From Ignavibacteriota bacterium (lineage in GTDB: Bacteria; Bacteroidota; Ignavibacteria; UBA10030; UBA6906): a stretch of 64,000 nt of DNA. The position numbers were made by a program, and so were the translations under genes. Shown here one piece after another: positions 48,178 to 58,226 of this stretch (the stretch's first letter is position 1; each line of letters begins with the position of its first letter). The notes under the pieces are model-generated. The model ran no database searches and was not told the origin of the DNA. It saw only the letters and a list, made by a program, of their open reading frames with translations. The stretch lies in the NCBI GenBank assembly GCA_963801355.1, contig CAWDEM010000008.1:1152001-1216000 (forward strand). The letters run 5' to 3'.

Positions 48178-49279
48178 CTATGACCTCGTTTACAAAGTCT
48201 GAAATCCAGTATTGAACATAGCGGGCCGGCGATACACGATCGGTCTCGATCCAACCAGCAACGACCAGGCGCGAGGGCAGAGCCATCGCGGTTTGGTTCA
48301 GAGTGGCCGTGGCCATGACGACCTGCCTTCCCGCGATGGTGCGTATTCGTGGATCAACTCTCACCACGATGCCGCTGCAGATGTCTGCGTGACGCACCAT
48401 GTGCATTGTCACGAGTTGTCCCGGTGCAACCCGGGTTAAGTATTCAACGGGAACCGGTAAAAGGACCACGCGTGCGGTGTCCTCGACGGTGCAGAGGGTA
48501 TCTGTGCCTGCCGATGAGAATAGAACCCCTGCGAAAGGGGAAACGATTGTGAATGACCCCATATGGTCTGTGAGCGCCCGTAGCTCCTTTTCGAGACCGG
48601 CGATCCGAGACTCAATCATACTGATTTGTTCAGGTTTCGATCCGGTCGTAACCGTGAGCAGGCGTGCTTCCGCTACGGCAACTTCGACGTCCGACAGGCG
48701 TGCTGCACTTCGGGCCAGCTCGTACGATTCAACGGCAATGAGATTCCTCTTATACAGAGAGTCCTGGCGCTTGAATAGCGAGGCCTGTATTTCCGACCGC
48801 TCCCTCGCAAGAGCAAGGCTCCTCTCAGCCTCCCGGGCAATTGGTGCTTTCTCCCCGGACCGTACAATTGCCAGAGTGCACTCGGCTACCTCAAGCTCGC
48901 CGGAAAGACGGTACAACTCACGGTCAAGTTCATGAGAAGTGATCCTGCCGAGGGTGTCGCCCTCGGTCACTAGATCATGATGTGTGAGAGACGGATGCCA
49001 AGCAAACTGGAAAGCGTCGCCCCGGATGATGCTGACAACGGAGTAACTCTCCACTCTTCCGTGGAGGTAATCGCCGAACACTGTCACCACTCCTCCCTCT
49101 TGGTCTTTCACCAGCAGCCATTCGCGGGCAGGAAGTATTTTGCCTGCAATCTCAATTGTGCGGCTCATCGAGATCGGGAGAACGAGAAACACGACAAACA
49201 ATACGACGGCCACCAGAGCTGCCAGCACGCCGCTTCTCGAAATTCCTCTATCGCGCAGATCCAACATGGGCTGAGTCAT
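48158..49279 (-). CDS. HlyD-like membrane fusion / periplasmic adaptor protein
   Basis: N-terminal TM helix, 'VTEGDTL' lipoyl half-motif, long coiled coil, 'IVSPFAG'. Confidence 0.7.
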   Translation of the reverse strand: MTQPMLDLRDRGISRSGVLAALVAVVLFVVFLVLPISMSRTIEIAGKILPAREWLLVKDQEGGVVTVFGDYLHGRVESYSVVSIIRGDAFQFAWHPSLTHHDLVTEGDTLGRITSHELDRELYRLSGELEVAECTLAIVRSGEKAPIAREAERSLALARERSEIQASLFKRQDSLYKRNLIAVESYELARSAARLSDVEVAVAEARLLTVTTGSKPEQISMIESRIAGLEKELRALTDHMGSFTIVSPFAGVLFSSAGTDTLCTVEDTARVVLLPVPVEYLTRVAPGQLVTMHMVRHADICSGIVVRVDPRIRTIAGRQVVMATATLNQTAMALPSRLVVAGWIETDRVSPARYVQYWISDFVNEVIGGATGI

Positions 49280-49320
49280 ACGTTGATCCCGTCACCTCAA
49301 CAACAATGATCTCTACACGC

Positions 49321-51490
49321 TTATCGCAACAACAAGAGCACGCGTGTCTGGATGTAGCTCCCTGACTGAAGACTGCAGAAATACATCCCACTTGAAAGCC
49401 CGGATCCGTCAAACGTTACTCTGTAGGATCCGGGTTCCTTCTTTTCGCTCACCAGTGTTGCCACTTTTCGCCCGAGAAGGTCAAACACGGCGAGCCGGAC
49501 GTCACCGGCAACCGGCAATTGGTAACTGATGACTGTCGTCGGATTGAACGGATTTGGGTAATTCTGCCCCAGCTCAAACCGATCTGGCTTTCCAGAAGGA
49601 CGGATTTGTACCGCCGTTCACCCATGTGACCCCCCCATTGGTCGTGCGCAGGATCATTCCACTTTCGCCCACCGCCGTTCCGGTGTTTGCGTCGCTGAAG
49701 GAGACAGCAAGAAGGAGAGGCCCAGGTTTGCTATATTGAACTGTCCAGGTGACGCCGCCGTCAATTGTGCGAAGGATGGTCGCAATTGGATAGTGCAAGA
49801 AACCGGAATCCCAAACCGAAGTCCATGTGTTGGCATCGATAAAGGAAACTCCATAGAGATAGCGTTTTGTCCCGCTGGACTGACTCGTCCATGTTGCACC
49901 GCCATCGGTCGTGCGGAAAATCGTGCCACCAGATCCCAGCACCGTTCCTGTGCTGGCATCTGAGAAAAACACTCCATGAAGCTCGTCTGTCTTTCCACTG
50001 GGCTGACTTACCCACGTCATTCCACCATTGGTTGTGCGAAGAATTGTGCCCCAACCTCCCACCACCGTTCCTGTGCTTGCATCAGTGAAGAAAACATCGT
50101 TCAACCACCTAGTTGTCCCGCTGGACTGGGGCGCCCACGTCATCCCGCCATTGGTCGTGCGGAGAATTGTGCCATCACCTCCCACCACCGTTCCTGTGTT
50201 TGCATCGGTGAAGAAGACTCCTTTGAGTTCGTTCCCTGTTCCGGCGATTTTTTTGGTCCAGGTTGCACCACCGTCAGTCGTGTGGAGGATTATGCCATTC
50301 GTCCAGTCTGATCCCACCACCGTCCCCGTCTTGGCGTCGGTGAACCAGACTCCAGTAAGCGGGCCCTTCGTTCCGCTGGCCTGCTCTATCCAATTCGCTC
50401 CACCATCGGTCGTGCGCAGAATCGTGCCTTCGTATCCCACTGCCGTCCCCGTGTTGACATCGGTGAAGAAGACTCCGCCAAGCAGAACCGTACTCCCCTT
50501 TGACTGACTCGCCCATGTTGAACCGCCATTTGTTGTGCGAAGAATCGCACCATTCCTGCCAACCACCGTCCCCGTATTGACATCTGTGAAGTGCACCCCA
50601 TTAAGACCAGGATAACCCGCCATCCCACTGGACTGACGTGTCCATGTTGCACCACCATTGGTCGTGTGAAGTATCGTCTCTCCCCCAACCACTGTTCCTG
50701 TGTTTGCATCGGTGAAGCTGATACTCTCGAACCATACAGTGGTATCGCTCGACTGATTCGTCCAGTTAGATCCACCGTTGGTGGTACGGAGAATTCTGCC
50801 CTCACCGCCCACCGCCGTGCCGGTGTTGGCATCGGTGAAGCAAACTCCACGCAGATCCTTAGTTGTTCCACTAGGCTGACTTACCCACGTTGCACCACCG
50901 TTGGTTGTGCGGAGAATCGTGCCCTCACCGCCCACCACCGTGCCCGTGTTGGCATCGGTGAAAAAAACTCCGCGTAACAACTTGGCTGTCCGGCTTAACT
51001 GAGTAGCCCACGTCATCCCGCCATTGGTTGTGCGGAGAATCATGCCGTCCGCGCCAACCACTGTGCCCGTGTTGGCATCAGTGAAGCAGACTCCCGGGGG
51101 AGATTGAATCATCTCGATGGACTGGCTGGTCCATGTTGCACCGCCATCGGTCGTGCGGAGAATCTTCGTTGTGTCTCGTAACCCGCGACCGGCCCTAATT
51201 GACCCCACTACTGTTCCAACGTTTGCATCAGTGAACCAGATTCCGACAAGCCACGCGGCAGTTCCGCTGGCCTGACTGATCCAGGTTGCACCGCCATCGG
51301 TCGTGCGGATAATTGTGCCTCCTTCTCCCACCGCTGTTCCGGTATTGGCATCAGTGAAGTAGACAGCAGAAAGGGACATTGGGGTCGGCAATGGATTCTG
51401 GATGTACCAGTCCGACTGGGATCTCGTGCTTGTGTGGCACATGAGAAGGGATGCACACAGGATGACTGTGTAAGGAGCGCCTCTTTTCAT
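49321..51490 (-). pseudogene. YCF48-like propeller with T9SS CTD, frameshifted (paralogue of 44529-46703)
   Basis: One extra base near 49610 relative to the paralogue gives a stop at 49574. The intact CTD follows in another frame to 49321. May be a sequencing error. Confidence 0.8.
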
Positions 51491-51545
51491 TGCGGTCTCA
51501 GGATGTTTGCACCCCGATACACCTATTGTGAAGATCCATCCTATC

Positions 51546-51665
51546 TGGCGGGAATATACACTTTAGCCCCTTAAATGTCTGTAGGAAAATGCTGAAAATC
51601 GTGTAGGAAAAGCGGCAATTGTCGTGTAGGAAAAACGGCAATTGGCGTGTAGGAATTGTCCTACA
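51546..51665. promoter_or_regulatory. Phased array of TGTAGGAA sites in a divergent intergenic region
   Basis: TGTAGGAA starts at 51580, 51602, 51625 and 51648 (22/23/23 bp spacing). The last is a full TGTAGG-N6-CCTACA palindrome. Confidence 0.75.
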
Positions 51666-51823
51666 GCACACCTGCGCCCAATGTGCTGGAGCCTATGGGC
51701 AAATAGGGGTATTTGTCAGTGACGAGTCGATTGTTTCCCCTCCAGGGCGCCTTGTTTCTCCCGGAATTCTTTCTATATTGGCCAGTTACTCCCATCGACA
51801 CCCACACGAGACCGCAAAAGACA

Positions 51824-52990
51824 ATGCGAGGTACAAAAACGAAGGCTTTGCTGCGGTACCTGGTCACCATGACCGGCATCTGCTTGAGCCTGTTTTTACT
51901 TGTTGAGTTGACAGGCTGGCTGCTTGTGCCCGATCGGTACAGGAACCCGCCGGCAGTGACGGCCGACGCCTGGATTCACTCCGATGCCCTGTCCGGGGCG
52001 GATACCGTCTGGCTTAAGCAGTTCGTCAACGAATTCTGCCGCTCTTACACCGCTCGCTGGACCTCTTATCTCTATTTCAGGAGAGAACCCTTCTCCGGAT
52101 TGCACATCAACGTTGATAGCAGCGGGCAGCGAATCACTCCTCAATATGCCGAGGAAAAGGGCGCCGGGCGGCATACGACAACGGTGGTGCTCCTGGGCGG
52201 CTCGACTATGTGGGGGACGGCCGCCCGCGACAGCGGAACGATCCCGGCAGCTCTCGCGCGCTTGATTGCCACAAAATCAGGCCGGCCACCAATGCGCGTT
52301 GTGAACATGGGCGAGTCGGGCTACGTAAACACACAGTCACTCCTCGCTCTCGAACTGGAACTGCGCAGAGGAAATGTCCCGGAAAATGTGATCTTCTATG
52401 ACGGCGTCAACGACATCTTCTCCGCATACCAGAACAATATGGCAGGCCTCCCACAAAATGAGCAACACCGGGAACTGGAGTTCAATCTGCTGCTGGACGG
52501 GGGGCGGATGCGGGAACTGGGACTCAACGATTTCTTGAAGAGAACGGTCACGGCGGGAGTTGTCGCTTCACTTCGCAATATGATCTCCAAACCACCGCCT
52601 GCGCCACCCTTGCATGATCATTTGGCTGCCGAAGTGATCCGGGTCTACCGGGGGAACCTTGAGATTCTTGAGGCGCTGAGTAGGCACTATGGATTTCACT
52701 ACCGGGTCTACTGGCAGCCTGTCGTGTTCTCGAGGCGCGACCCGTCACCCTACGAGCAGACTCAAATCGCAAAAATGGATTATGTCCGCTCGCTCTACGA
52801 CGAAGTGTACCGACTCGTGGAAGCGGATTCCGCGCTGCGTGCGAACCCGCACTTCCACAATCTCAGCGACATCTTTGACGGGGTGGGACCGATCTATCTG
52901 GACTTCTGCCACATCAGCGAGCGGGGGAACGAGATCATTGCCAAACAGATGTACGAAGATCTTTTCAAACCAGCGGCACCCGTGCATTGA
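51824..52990 (+). CDS. Membrane-anchored SGNH/GDSL hydrolase family protein
   Basis: N-terminal TM helix; GGSTMWG, NMGESGY, YDGVND, DFCH motifs; start codon uncertain. Confidence 0.85.
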   Translation: MRGTKTKALLRYLVTMTGICLSLFLLVELTGWLLVPDRYRNPPAVTADAWIHSDALSGADTVWLKQFVNEFCRSYTARWTSYLYFRREPFSGLHINVDSSGQRITPQYAEEKGAGRHTTTVVLLGGSTMWGTAARDSGTIPAALARLIATKSGRPPMRVVNMGESGYVNTQSLLALELELRRGNVPENVIFYDGVNDIFSAYQNNMAGLPQNEQHRELEFNLLLDGGRMRELGLNDFLKRTVTAGVVASLRNMISKPPPAPPLHDHLAAEVIRVYRGNLEILEALSRHYGFHYRVYWQPVVFSRRDPSPYEQTQIAKMDYVRSLYDEVYRLVEADSALRANPHFHNLSDIFDGVGPIYLDFCHISERGNEIIAKQMYEDLFKPAAPVH

Positions 52991-53085
52991 AGTCAAGGCC
53001 CGGCGATGATTGCCGGGCCGTTTGTTCAGTTGATGAATGAGATGACCTGTTGATGAGAGGAATGCTCTGTTGATGAGGGGAAAGC

Positions 53086-55252
53086 TCATCTCACGAGCAG
53101 AGAGCTTTTTGGTCTGCACATACGACCCCGCTCCGCTCCTGGAGTCTCGCCCGACGCCGGAGTCCAGAGGGCGGACCTCTATCCGATACAAGTACACGCC
53201 GCTCGCGAGCCCGGAAGCGTCGAACATGAGATCGTGATAGCCTGCCTCCTGCTCCCCATTCTGGAGAAGGCCGATCTGTTGACCGAGCATGTTGAATACC
53301 GTCATGGTCACGTGCGAACGATACGGCAAACCGTAGCGGATCGTGGTCGAGGGGTTGAAGGGGTTGGGGTAGTTCTGATCGAGTGAAAACTCGTCAGGCA
53401 CGATTGACGCGACATCATGAACGCCGACGGTCGCTTCCGTGCTCCGCCAGACACCTCCAGCCCGCACGCCAGCCAGAAGGTATCCCGAGGAATCGATGGC
53501 AAGACTGAGGATATTCAGGATATCAAGTCCCGAGTTGTAGTCGGTCCACTTCGCACCATTGTCGGTCGATTGGAACACACCGCCCCCAGTGCCGGCATAG
53601 AGGGTTCCAGCATTGTTGACAACCAGTGCCCGGACGAACGGATTGGTGAGGCCGGTGTTCACTGCTGTCCAGGATAGTCCATTGTTCGTGGTTCGCATAA
53701 TGCCGTCTGTCGTTCCTGCAAACCATGAACCTTTCGGGCCCACGGCAAGAGCACGGATGTCAGCATTGACACCGGGATGCCTGGGCACCCACGAGCCGCC
53801 TTGATTAGTCGAATAGAAGACACCGCCACCTTTCGTGCCCGCGATGATATCTCCCGCCTTGTTCGTTGCGACAGCGAAGACTATTGAGTCGAACCGACTC
53901 AACGTCCAGGAGGTTCCGTCCTTGCCTGAGTAGTGCACACCTCCTTTTTGCTTGTCGTTTTCTTCGGTCCCCGCAACGATTTCGCCTTCCGCCACCGCAG
54001 TGAGGGAGTATACGGTCAGCGCCTGGCTAAGACCACATGGAGGCCACGTATGACCGAGGTTCGTTGACCGGAATAGACCATTGTCGACGAGGACGCCATA
54101 GTAAGAAGTCCCTATGAACACGTGATCAGCGCTACTGACACCAATCGAGTTCACGGTCCTCCCGACAACATCAGTGCTCACGCACTCCCAGGTTTCTCCC
54201 CCGTGCGTCGATCTGAACACGCCGTCTGTTGTGCCCGCGAAATATAAGTTGCCCGAAGTCACCCCGAGTGAGTACACGGAGTGTTTCTGGCCAATCGGAA
54301 AGTCTATTGCTTCCCATGTTTTGCCGGTGTCCAGTGACCGGAGTACTCCACTCCCTCCCCCTGCGAAAGCGACGCCTCTTGACAACATGACAATACTGGA
54401 CATCGATCCGGCCGATTCCCAGACCGGTAACCAACTCACTCCGTCGTTGGTTGAACGGAAGATTCCCCCCGGGATGGGTGGCATATCATAGGTGAAGGCC
54501 GTCGTGGAAAAGGTATAATTGGACACGGCATCAATCATTGTCGGTGTGGCCGCCGGAACCATCACCTCATCGGTCCAGGTGAGGCCATTGTCGGTGGATC
54601 TCAGGAACACTTCATGATACGGACTTGCGTTCAGATCGGCGATGACCAGCAGATCCCCGTGAGCGGCTCTGGCCAGACCTTCGACGGTCTGCCCCGCGCC
54701 AAGCGCAAAGACGCTCGTCCAGCTCACGCCATTGTTTGTGGATCTGAAGATGCCGTGCCGAGTGGTGGCAACGACTCTGAAGCTCGGCAGAATTATGAGC
54801 GAATTGAAACTCCCGAAGCTGAGGCTGTCCCAGCTGCTTCCGGCATCGGTGGAACGATAGCCCATCGATGAAGTGCTGATGAAAAGCACGCTCGGGTTTA
54901 GGGTTACTGCCCTCACGGCTGCAGTCGGAAGACTCTTAATCTTGGACCATTCGCTCCCGTCATCTGTCGACTGGTACAATCCGTCGGCTGTGCCGGCATA
55001 GATTGGGAGAAACACCCCACCGCTGAGTGCATAGGTGGGGTACGGCAAAACCTCCTTCCACACGTCGCCGTTGTCTGCGGTCTTGTAGCAGCCCGTCATG
55101 GTCCCGGCGACAATCGTCCCCGCTGAGGTCGAATTCACCATCGCGTAGAAATCTCCCGAGTACGGACCGTCGGTCTGCATCCATTGAGCAACGGTGCTCG
55201 TGCTACCGAGCGAGAGGATTGCACAACAGACAACAAGTCTCATCCGTCCCAT
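53086..55252 (-). CDS. BNR/Asp-box beta-propeller protein with T9SS CTD; +1 frameshift in the last codons
   Basis: RSTxxGxSW repeats; CTD. Removing one base near 53101 restores TKKLLLVR* (TGA at 53088-53086). As sequenced it reads through to 52745. Confidence 0.8.
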
Positions 55253-55316
55253 AGGATGTGTCCTCCTGGATGGTGAACAGAGACGAATTATGGATTGCGA
55301 CGGAAGTATGACAGCA

Positions 55317-55345
55317 TACTTAGCACGGTCACTCGGGATTGTCAA
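55317..55345 (-). promoter_or_regulatory. Candidate sigma70 promoter
   Basis: TTGACA-17 bp-TAAGTA upstream of the AGGAGG RBS and ATG at 55252. Confidence 0.45.
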
Positions 55346-55400
55346 GGCGAAGACGCTGGAAATTGCATTTGTACGGTTAGACTTCCCGTCAGATTCTATA

Positions 55401-56666
55401 TTATTTCAGGAGTAACATCCTCTTCGTGGTCACATAGCCTCCGGCCCGCAACCGATAGAGATACACTCCACTCACAAAATCAGAACCGTCAAACGCGACT
55501 TCGTGGACTCCTGCGTCCCTTCTGTCACTGACCAACACGGATACCTCACGACCGAGGACGTCGTACACCTTCACAGTGGTGAATTGTGGATCCACAATTG
55601 AGAATCGTATGGTCGTGCTCGGGTTGAAGGGATTGGGGTAGTTTTGTTCGAGACGGCACGCCGACGGGATCTCAGGGTGCATCGGGTCGATGCCGGCGGC
55701 ACCACCGTTCGTGGTCTTCAAGACAAGCCCGTGGTTTCCCGCCACAAACCCTACAGACTGGTCCACGAAGCACACGCTCGACAAATATTCATTTGTCGTC
55801 GATTGTTGGGGTTCCCAGCTCACACCGCGGTTTGTTGTCTTCATTATTGTGCCGCTGTCACCGACCACGAACCCGGTTGTCGTGCTGGTGAACCAGAGCG
55901 AAGTCAACCGTCGCGTGAACGAGGGATTGTTGTACACAGCAGTCCAGGTCTCTCCCGCATCAGTCGATTTGTAGAGGTAGCCGTGATCACCTGCTGCGAA
56001 GGCGGCTGCCGAATCGGCAATGCACACGGAGTAGAAATCATACAGCGGAGCATCCGGCAGCTGGTATTTCCACACCCAGGAACTGCCCGCGTTTGTGGTT
56101 TTGTAGATGACACCTCCCTGCCCCACTGCAAGACCGGTCGTCGCATTGCCAAAGTGAATGGACCGGACATAGGCGGTTGCGCTGTAGGGACTCCAGGTCT
56201 GACCGGCATCTGTGGTCTTCAGAATGTTCCCGTTTGTCCCCACATTCATTCCAATGTACCCGGTGCTGGAATCAGTAAAGCAGAGCGTGATATAGCTCGT
56301 GTTGCTTTCTCCAGTCTTGAGGAGGCCCCAGGTCGATCCGCTATTCGTCGTTCTGTAGAGTTCTGCTTTGAGCGTCCGGCTATTGGAGCCGCTGACATAG
56401 CCGGTCCCGCCGCGTGTGAACAGTATGTCGGAGAAGTAGCTTGAACTATCCACAACAGAGGTTGACCAGTCGTCACCGCCGGTCGTTGTTTTCACGATTA
56501 TGCCGCCGGAACCACAGGCATACGCAGTGGACTGACTGATGCAGAAGAGAGCCCGGAGGTTGCCCGGAGTGCCTGTTGCCACGGGAGACCAGCCGGATTG
56601 GGCGGTCGTTTCTGCAATTGCGAGAGCAGACATCAGAACCAGCGAGACAACCCAACTCGGCTTCAT
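55401..56666 (-). CDS. YCF48-like single beta-propeller protein with T9SS CTD
   Basis: Signal peptide MKPSWVV...; seven G..G.I.KTT.GG..W repeats; CTD. Confidence 0.9.
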   Translation of the reverse strand: MKPSWVVSLVLMSALAIAETTAQSGWSPVATGTPGNLRALFCISQSTAYACGSGGIIVKTTTGGDDWSTSVVDSSSYFSDILFTRGGTGYVSGSNSRTLKAELYRTTNSGSTWGLLKTGESNTSYITLCFTDSSTGYIGMNVGTNGNILKTTDAGQTWSPYSATAYVRSIHFGNATTGLAVGQGGVIYKTTNAGSSWVWKYQLPDAPLYDFYSVCIADSAAAFAAGDHGYLYKSTDAGETWTAVYNNPSFTRRLTSLWFTSTTTGFVVGDSGTIMKTTNRGVSWEPQQSTTNEYLSSVCFVDQSVGFVAGNHGLVLKTTNGGAAGIDPMHPEIPSACRLEQNYPNPFNPSTTIRFSIVDPQFTTVKVYDVLGREVSVLVSDRRDAGVHEVAFDGSDFVSGVYLYRLRAGGYVTTKRMLLLK

Positions 56667-56836
56667 GTTGCACCTTTGCCTTCCCGGAACGAGTAGTGAG
56701 CTCACTGCGATCAATGTTGACTCACGAATCAATGCACTTCCAAGCGCACCAAAATGCGCTGAGCGTCAAGTCTGGGTGTTTATCGCAACTCATGCTTGCT
56801 TGCATCGGCAGAATGGGTATACCTTGGTGGCTTGCG

Positions 56837-56966
56837 CCATTGAGTCGTCGGGTGGGCTCTACAACGAGGGCATATGGAACAGGGTCCAGACTGGCGGCTC
56901 GATGGCCGGGGAAGCCATCGTGCTCTTCTCTGCTGCAAATATATCCCGCTGTGCATGCAAAGTCAA
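56837..56966 (-). other. Dispersed leader element, copy 2, with preceding sigma70 promoter
   Basis: TTGACT-17 bp-TATATT (56966-56938), followed by the motif shared with 17061-17173. Confidence 0.55.
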
Positions 56967-56998
56967 ATCTGGAACAGACTTGTTGATACTTGTCAATA

Positions 56999-58213
56999 CT
57001 AGCGCACAACCACGAGTTTCTTCGTCGCTGTGAAGGTCCCCGCGCCGCTCTTGGAATCAAGCCCGGTGGCGGACTCCAGAGGTCGGACCTGCATGCGGTA
57101 GAAGTATACTCCGCTCGATAATCCCGATGCATCGAACTTCACTTCCTTAAACCCCGCTTCCTGCTCTCCATCCCGGAGCAGAGCGACCTGCTGGCCGAGG
57201 GTGTTGTGGACCGTCAGGGTTACGTGTGAACCATTGGGCAGGCCAAAGCGGATTGTTGTCGAGGGGTTGAAGGGATTGGGGTAGTTCTGTTCAAGTGAAA
57301 AATCCTCGGGCATAGTGCTCTCGCGTGCGAGGGTGAGCTTTCCTGCGACGATCGGGTCTGACAGATGCTCGCTCCCATCAAGATCAATCTGTTTCAAACG
57401 GTAGAGAGCGCCTTCGGCAAGAGGATGCTGATCGACAAAGGTGTACTCCTGCGGGACCACAGTGGTTCCATGTCCCGGAACGAATCCGCCTGGAAGCCGT
57501 TCAAAAAGGCCGGCACTGCTGTCCTTCCTCTGCACCTCAAAACCGAAGTTGTTTGTTTCTGACAGAGTCGTCCACTGCAGCCTCACGCTGGAACTGCTTG
57601 CCCAGCTGGCCAGGAACGAGGCAATCTGCACAGGAAGCGAGGTTGTCAAAACATTCGTGTGAGTCCACGTATGGCTGCTCCCGGAGACTACCCAGGCGTA
57701 GTCGGCCATCTTCGCGCCTTCTCCGAACCAGGGATTCATGTAGTACAATGTGGACCCCACGACGCCATATCCGACGACAAAGTGCCCTCCGCCGCTATCC
57801 CATCCCCACCGGATGACGAACGGTCTGTTCGCATTGATCTCGCTCTCCACCGTACTCAACGTCAGGGCGGCGCCAATGCCGTAATTGTTGATCCCCCAAT
57901 GACTCAAGATGTCTTGAATGCTGCCGTTTGCTCCCCAAGCGTAGTTCCAGTAGTTGCATCCTTGCGAAGGATCCTCGCAACAATCGACCGAACCGAAGTC
58001 GTGCCATGTGGCCCGGACGCGTGCATATTCGGCAATTGTGCATTGTTCGATTGGCGTGCCCTTTGCCCGGATGACAGCCGCGCTGACTCCCGCCCAACAC
58101 CACTGGCTCTGTTCCTGAATGACCACGGGGACGTCCAGTATTGTGGATAGGGCAATCGCAGGTCCGCAGAGAAGAAGGACCGCCGTCCGCCGTACACAGA
58201 ACTTCTGTTTCAT
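56999..58213 (-). CDS. Papain-like cysteine peptidase (C39/C70-like) with T9SS CTD
   Basis: QEQSQWCWAG (catalytic Cys), GGHFVVGYG (His), YMNPW; LPVQIASF Ig-like linker; CTD. Confidence 0.85.
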   Translation of the reverse strand: MKQKFCVRRTAVLLLCGPAIALSTILDVPVVIQEQSQWCWAGVSAAVIRAKGTPIEQCTIAEYARVRATWHDFGSVDCCEDPSQGCNYWNYAWGANGSIQDILSHWGINNYGIGAALTLSTVESEINANRPFVIRWGWDSGGGHFVVGYGVVGSTLYYMNPWFGEGAKMADYAWVVSGSSHTWTHTNVLTTSLPVQIASFLASWASSSSVRLQWTTLSETNNFGFEVQRKDSSAGLFERLPGGFVPGHGTTVVPQEYTFVDQHPLAEGALYRLKQIDLDGSEHLSDPIVAGKLTLARESTMPEDFSLEQNYPNPFNPSTTIRFGLPNGSHVTLTVHNTLGQQVALLRDGEQEAGFKEVKFDASGLSSGVYFYRMQVRPLESATGLDSKSGAGTFTATKKLVVVR

Positions 58214-58226
58214 GATATCATTCCCT

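Noticed and set aside
42309-51490. Diversity-generating retroelement (template/variable repeat pair)
   Set aside because: No reverse transcriptase in the window. The repeats are whole paralogous genes with indels, and I saw no adenine-restricted substitution pattern.
51580-51665. CRISPR-like short repeats
   Set aside because: The unit is only 22-23 bp, the intervening sequences are near-identical rather than unique spacers, and no cas genes are present.
52745-53085. Genuine antisense overlap between the propeller gene and the SGNH hydrolase
   Set aside because: Explained by a one-base frameshift just before the natural stop at 53086.
55582-55599. 18-bp palindrome AATTGTGGATCCACAATT resembling the 30869 palindrome
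   Set aside because: It lies within CTD coding sequence with the half-sites in the opposite arrangement; no support for a regulatory role.
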